A stretch of DNA of 64,000 nt, from contig PSMU01000001.1 in NCBI GenBank assembly GCA_040290255.1, positions 96,001-160,000 of the forward strand, in the 5' to 3' direction. A program made the translations under genes and the position numbers. This document shows, piece after piece, positions 60,712-64,000 of the stretch. Each line of letters opens with the position of its first letter. Within the stretch, counting starts at the first letter, position 1. The notes below the pieces were generated by a model that was given only the letters and a program-made list of their open reading frames with translations, did no database searches and had not been told where the DNA came from. The stretch comes from Nitrososphaerota archaeon (GTDB lineage: Archaea; Thermoproteota; Nitrososphaeria; PSMU01).

Positions 60712-61659
60712 TCACCGCACAGTCGCCTTACGCCCGCGCACCTCAAGCAGGGCATGAGCTAGAAAGGGCAGGACGATGGTGGCATCGCTGTGTACGGTGA
60801 CGTGCTTGGCGCTCTTGGCTATCTTGCCCCAGCTAATCGCTTCCTTCGTTAAGGCGCCGCTTAGGCTTCCATCATACTCAGCAGCGGTGGTGATATAGAC
60901 CGCATAGGTTAGCCCCCCGCGATACTGGCTCCACCAGATGAGATGGTGCTTCGAGACACCACCTCCTATTATCAGGCCCCCCAGCCTTTTGGCGCTGAAG
61001 ATCATCTCGGCCAGCAAGTCCTGGTCCTGCATAAGATCTACGTGGAAGGACTTGTCCTTCTGATGGGCAAGCCAGAATTGGTGGCCTACAGCGCCATCGA
61101 AGGGCGCCGGGACAATTATAGGGACCCTGTTCTTGGCGGCCCACCACAGGATGCTGGATTCATCGCATAGCCGCTCGCCCATTCTCCAAAGAATTTCATG
61201 GAAGGGCTTATTCGCCAGCTCTTCCATGCCCTCCTTCTCCAGGAAGAGGCGCACCTTCTCCTCGATTAACGGGCCGTAGGCCTCCCTAGGTATGTATACA
61301 TTGCCCAGGCGGTGATAGCCCCGCCTAAGTAGCTCGACATCATCTGCGTAAAAGGAGCCAGCGTAGTAGTGGCCATAGCATCTCGCTAAGTCATGGTCTA
61401 CGGTGCCGCAGGTCGTAATTATGACATCGAAAAACTTTCTCTTTACGAACTCCACCAACACGCCCCTAATGCCCGTGCCGACCATCGCGGCCGGGAAGGA
61501 TAGAAGCCTGAGGCAGTCGGCGTCGTCCAGCATGCTCCTAAGGATTTGAAAGGCCTCGCCTAGGTGCCTGCCCCCGAACCCACCCATATCGCTCATCTGG
61601 TAAAGGATGCGAGTGTAATCCCTGCCCGTGATGCGTAGGTCCCTGACTTTCCTCAGCAT
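60712..61659 (-). CDS. dys: Deoxyhypusine synthase
   Basis: TG.R, ITT.G, HRLGNV, GGGVSKHH, DGSLSGA...EAISWGK. Confidence 0.96.
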   Translation of the reverse strand: MLRKVRDLRITGRDYTRILYQMSDMGGFGGRHLGEAFQILRSMLDDADCLRLLSFPAAMVGTGIRGVLVEFVKRKFFDVIITTCGTVDHDLARCYGHYYAGSFYADDVELLRRGYHRLGNVYIPREAYGPLIEEKVRLFLEKEGMEELANKPFHEILWRMGERLCDESSILWWAAKNRVPIIVPAPFDGAVGHQFWLAHQKDKSFHVDLMQDQDLLAEMIFSAKRLGGLIIGGGVSKHHLIWWSQYRGGLTYAVYITTAAEYDGSLSGALTKEAISWGKIAKSAKHVTVHSDATIVLPFLAHALLEVRGRKATVR

Positions 61660-61777
61660 GCGTCGGTTGGGTCAGAGGGCATTAAAAGCGTGCGCTGGCC
61701 AGCGAGGGGGTGAAGGGCCCGCGTTACCGACGGCAAGCACAACAAAAGTTTTGAGAGAAAGTAAGCCAAGCAGGGCC

Positions 61778-62206
61778 GTGGAGCAGGATTACCCAGAGCC
61801 TACGGTGGGAGGTCTCATAGTAGATGGCCTTGGCAGGATCTTGTTGGTTAAGTCACACAAATGGAGGGGCTATTACAGCGTGCCTGGCGGGCACGTCGAG
61901 TTCGGCGAAACCCTTGAAGCGGCGGTGGTAAGGGAAGTGGAGGAGGAGACGGGCCTTAAGGTCAGGCCCGTTAAGCTCCTCTTGGTCCAAGAGGCGATCT
62001 TTGCGCCGGAATTTTACCTGCCCAGGCACTACATCTTCTTCGATTACCTCTGTGAGCTAATAGGGGGGACGCTCAGCCTGGATAAGAGGGAGCTACAGGA
62101 CTATCTCTGGACCAAACCTGAGGAGGCTACGGGGCTGTCCGTAGAGCCCTACACGCGGAGGGTGATAGAGGCGTATCTTCATTTCCGCGATTCGGCAGCC
62201 TCCTAA
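61778..62206 (+). CDS. Nudix hydrolase
   Basis: GGHVEFGETLEAAVVREVEEETG. Confidence 0.92.
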   Translation: MEQDYPEPTVGGLIVDGLGRILLVKSHKWRGYYSVPGGHVEFGETLEAAVVREVEEETGLKVRPVKLLLVQEAIFAPEFYLPRHYIFFDYLCELIGGTLSLDKRELQDYLWTKPEEATGLSVEPYTRRVIEAYLHFRDSAAS

Positions 62207-62207
62207 G

Positions 62208-62516
62208 CTACCACTTCTCAGCGGCCTCGTAGCGGATGGGAGTGCCGGCGCAGTCCACGACGCCCGTGACCCTGCGTATAAAGTTAGGACATGCGAAGCA
62301 TATAAGGAAGGGAAGATCCTTGGCGAAGACAGGGCACGACACATATTCCTTCTTCATCGCGCTCATGAGCTTTGGCGAGCCAAGGCCCTTAAGCTCAGCC
62401 GTGACCTCCTTAGGGACGTTCATGGGCCGCGGGGCCTTCTTGACCTCCACCTTGTACTTCGCCTCATCGGACAAGGTGCGCCGCCATCCTGGCTCCGGTA
62501 TATGAGCTTGTGCCAT
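62208..62516 (-). CDS. Conserved hypothetical Cys-rich protein (start uncertain)
   Basis: MKKEYV.CPV....PFLICFACP.FIRRV.G.V.C. Confidence 0.7.
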   Translation of the reverse strand: MAQAHIPEPGWRRTLSDEAKYKVEVKKAPRPMNVPKEVTAELKGLGSPKLMSAMKKEYVSCPVFAKDLPFLICFACPNFIRRVTGVVDCAGTPIRYEAAEKW

Positions 62517-62563
62517 GGACTAAAGCAAGAAATAAATAGTAGTCCCCAAGGGGCCCGAGTACC

Positions 62564-62719
62564 TTGAGCAAGAAAGGCGGTGAGATTCCGAGCAACGCGG
62601 TCTTTGAGTATAATTGCACATGCGGGGCCCACTTCCAGCAGATAGGCCAAGCCGTCGCTCACATCAACAAGTTTAGGGATCACCAGCTTTCGAGGATAAT
62701 CATCGAAAAGAAGCAGTAA
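62564..62719 (+). CDS. Small C2H2-type Zn-finger protein (51 aa; absent from ORF track)
   Basis: TTG start; YNCTCGAHF......VAHINKFRDH; fills the gap between two minus-strand genes. Confidence 0.6.
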   Translation: MSKKGGEIPSNAVFEYNCTCGAHFQQIGQAVAHINKFRDHQLSRIIIEKKQ

Positions 62720-62721
62720 TT

Positions 62722-63225
62722 CTAGCCCGAACCTGAGCCCGAGCGCTGTAGGCTCAACTGGTAGCTTATCTTGCAGATCGCGAGCAGCAGAAGCACCAGA
62801 AAGGAAGAGGATAGGACCAGCGCCCACCAGCCGCCGAAGATCGGCCCCTGATCGAGCAGTATAAGGGGCAGCAGGGGGGCCGCCAAGGCCACGCCCAAGC
62901 CGCCCGCCATGACCTTCAGGGCATAGAGGGTGCCGTTGGCCAGTGAGGCGCTCTCAAACAGGCTGAGGATGATGAAGGCGAGCAGCACGTAGATATAGCT
63001 CCAGCCCAGGGCCATGAAGGGGTTAGGCGCCCTATGCGAGGCGGCCCTATAGCCAATGGCCGCGGAAATGAAGCACCAGGCCACGAGGTAAAATAGCCCA
63101 ACCCTGGCCAACTCGTCTAAGGTGCCGGGAACCCCGGTAGGGCCGAGGCTCCTCGAGAGAAAAAGGGATAACGCTAGCAGGGGCAAGAGGGGCACCTGGC
63201 TGCAGAGCAGCAAGAGGAAGCGCAC
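62722..63225 (-). CDS. Hypothetical multi-pass membrane protein (start uncertain)
   Basis: About 5 hydrophobic segments. Confidence 0.65.
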   Translation of the reverse strand: MRFLLLLCSQVPLLPLLALSLFLSRSLGPTGVPGTLDELARVGLFYLVAWCFISAAIGYRAASHRAPNPFMALGWSYIYVLLAFIILSLFESASLANGTLYALKVMAGGLGVALAAPLLPLILLDQGPIFGGWWALVLSSSFLVLLLLAICKISYQLSLQRSGSGSG

Positions 63226-63256
63226 TGCCCCGTGACCTACGGGCGCCCTTCGAGAG

Positions 63257-63688
63257 TTAAGCATGGCGCAGCAGCCTGCTGACTTCCCTAACGGCACGCG
63301 CAACGGGTAGGTTGTCTAGCTCGTCGATCTTGAACCACTTCGCATCGCTCACATCATCGCCAGCCATAGGTTCCCCTCCCCTCGGTTCGGCCTTGAAGCA
63401 AATTATCAGAAAATGATACTCATTAGAGTCTCCTCGTGGCCCAATATCCTGGACGACCGCCAGCACCTCCTTCGGCTCTATGCTTAGGGAGCACTCCTCG
63501 CGCACTTCTCTAATGACAGCCTCCTTAAGGCCCTCGCCTAGCTCCACCAGCCCTCCCGGCAGGGACCAGAGCCGCTTATATGGCCCCTTGGCCCTCTTTA
63601 CAAGTAGAACGCTGTCGCCTTGGATGACCGCGGCCGATACGGCCACCAACGGCCTCGCCTGCCCTATCCTAGGTTCCTCCCGCTTCAC
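63257..63688 (-). CDS. Nudix hydrolase (ADP-ribose pyrophosphatase-like)
   Basis: WSLPGGLVELGE....AVIREVREE. Confidence 0.92.
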   Translation of the reverse strand: MKREEPRIGQARPLVAVSAAVIQGDSVLLVKRAKGPYKRLWSLPGGLVELGEGLKEAVIREVREECSLSIEPKEVLAVVQDIGPRGDSNEYHFLIICFKAEPRGGEPMAGDDVSDAKWFKIDELDNLPVARAVREVSRLLRHA

Positions 63689-64000
63689 CCACTACCCTCC
63701 CTCCCTCCTTTTCGGCCAGTTGCAGTAGGGCCCTGAGGGCCCTCTCAGCCTCCTCTTCCTCGCCTTGGACCTCAAGCTCGATAAGCGGCCCCTCGAGTTC
63801 TGAGCGGTTTGGATGAGACTTTATGTAAACGGATGGACTCTCGGAGCGGACAATATCTATCAGGGGTGCAAGTGTCGATTCCATGATGCCGACGAGCACG
63901 GCCCTCTTGACCGAAATGCTGGGTCCCTTAAAGCGGGAGGTGAGGAGAGACCTTATATGTCCTTCAAAGATGGCCTTCATCTCATCGGGGACCCCCGGGA
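63669..64000 (-). CDS. CinA/molybdopterin-binding protein, C-terminal part (runs off window)
   Basis: PGVPDEMKAIF, ES.LAP, VYIKSHP. Confidence 0.8.
   Translation of the reverse strand, partial: PGVPDEMKAIFEGHIRSLLTSRFKGPSISVKRAVLVGIMESTLAPLIDIVRSESPSVYIKSHPNRSELEGPLIELEVQGEEEEAERALRALLQLAEKEGGRVVGEAGGT

Noticed and set aside
61661-61673. CGTCGG-TTGGGTC upstream of the deoxyhypusine synthase gene matches both H/ACA pocket strands
   Set aside because: The halves are in the wrong order for a pocket, have no unpaired UN, and lie on the strand opposite the mRNA; treated as coincidence.

Overview
Housekeeping region of a thermophilic TACK archaeon. The high-GC rRNA and the protein signatures most resemble deep-branching Nitrososphaerota/Aigarchaeota (inference). 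It holds a 16S-23S operon with BHB processing stems, RNase P RNA, a separate 5S rRNA, an H/ACA-like guide RNA, a cdc6-linked origin with three ORB-like boxes, about 70 mostly informational genes and a DHH-nuclease pseudogene. Eight of the 11 tRNAs carry introns (10 in total, at 30/31, 34/35, 37/38, 45/46 and 59/60). Main discovery: two conserved protein genes that look broken in the ORF track are each interrupted by a tiny tRNA-type bulge-helix-bulge (BHB) intron. One is 22 nt inside the hypusine-lysine codon of aIF5A (25923-25944). The other is 16 nt inside the GPQ|HP motif of NuoD (44253-44268). Cutting each at the canonical BHB positions restores the frame and the conserved motif exactly. 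This points to endonuclease-dependent mRNA splicing beyond the classic archaeal cbf5 case. All calls were made by eye, with no database searches.
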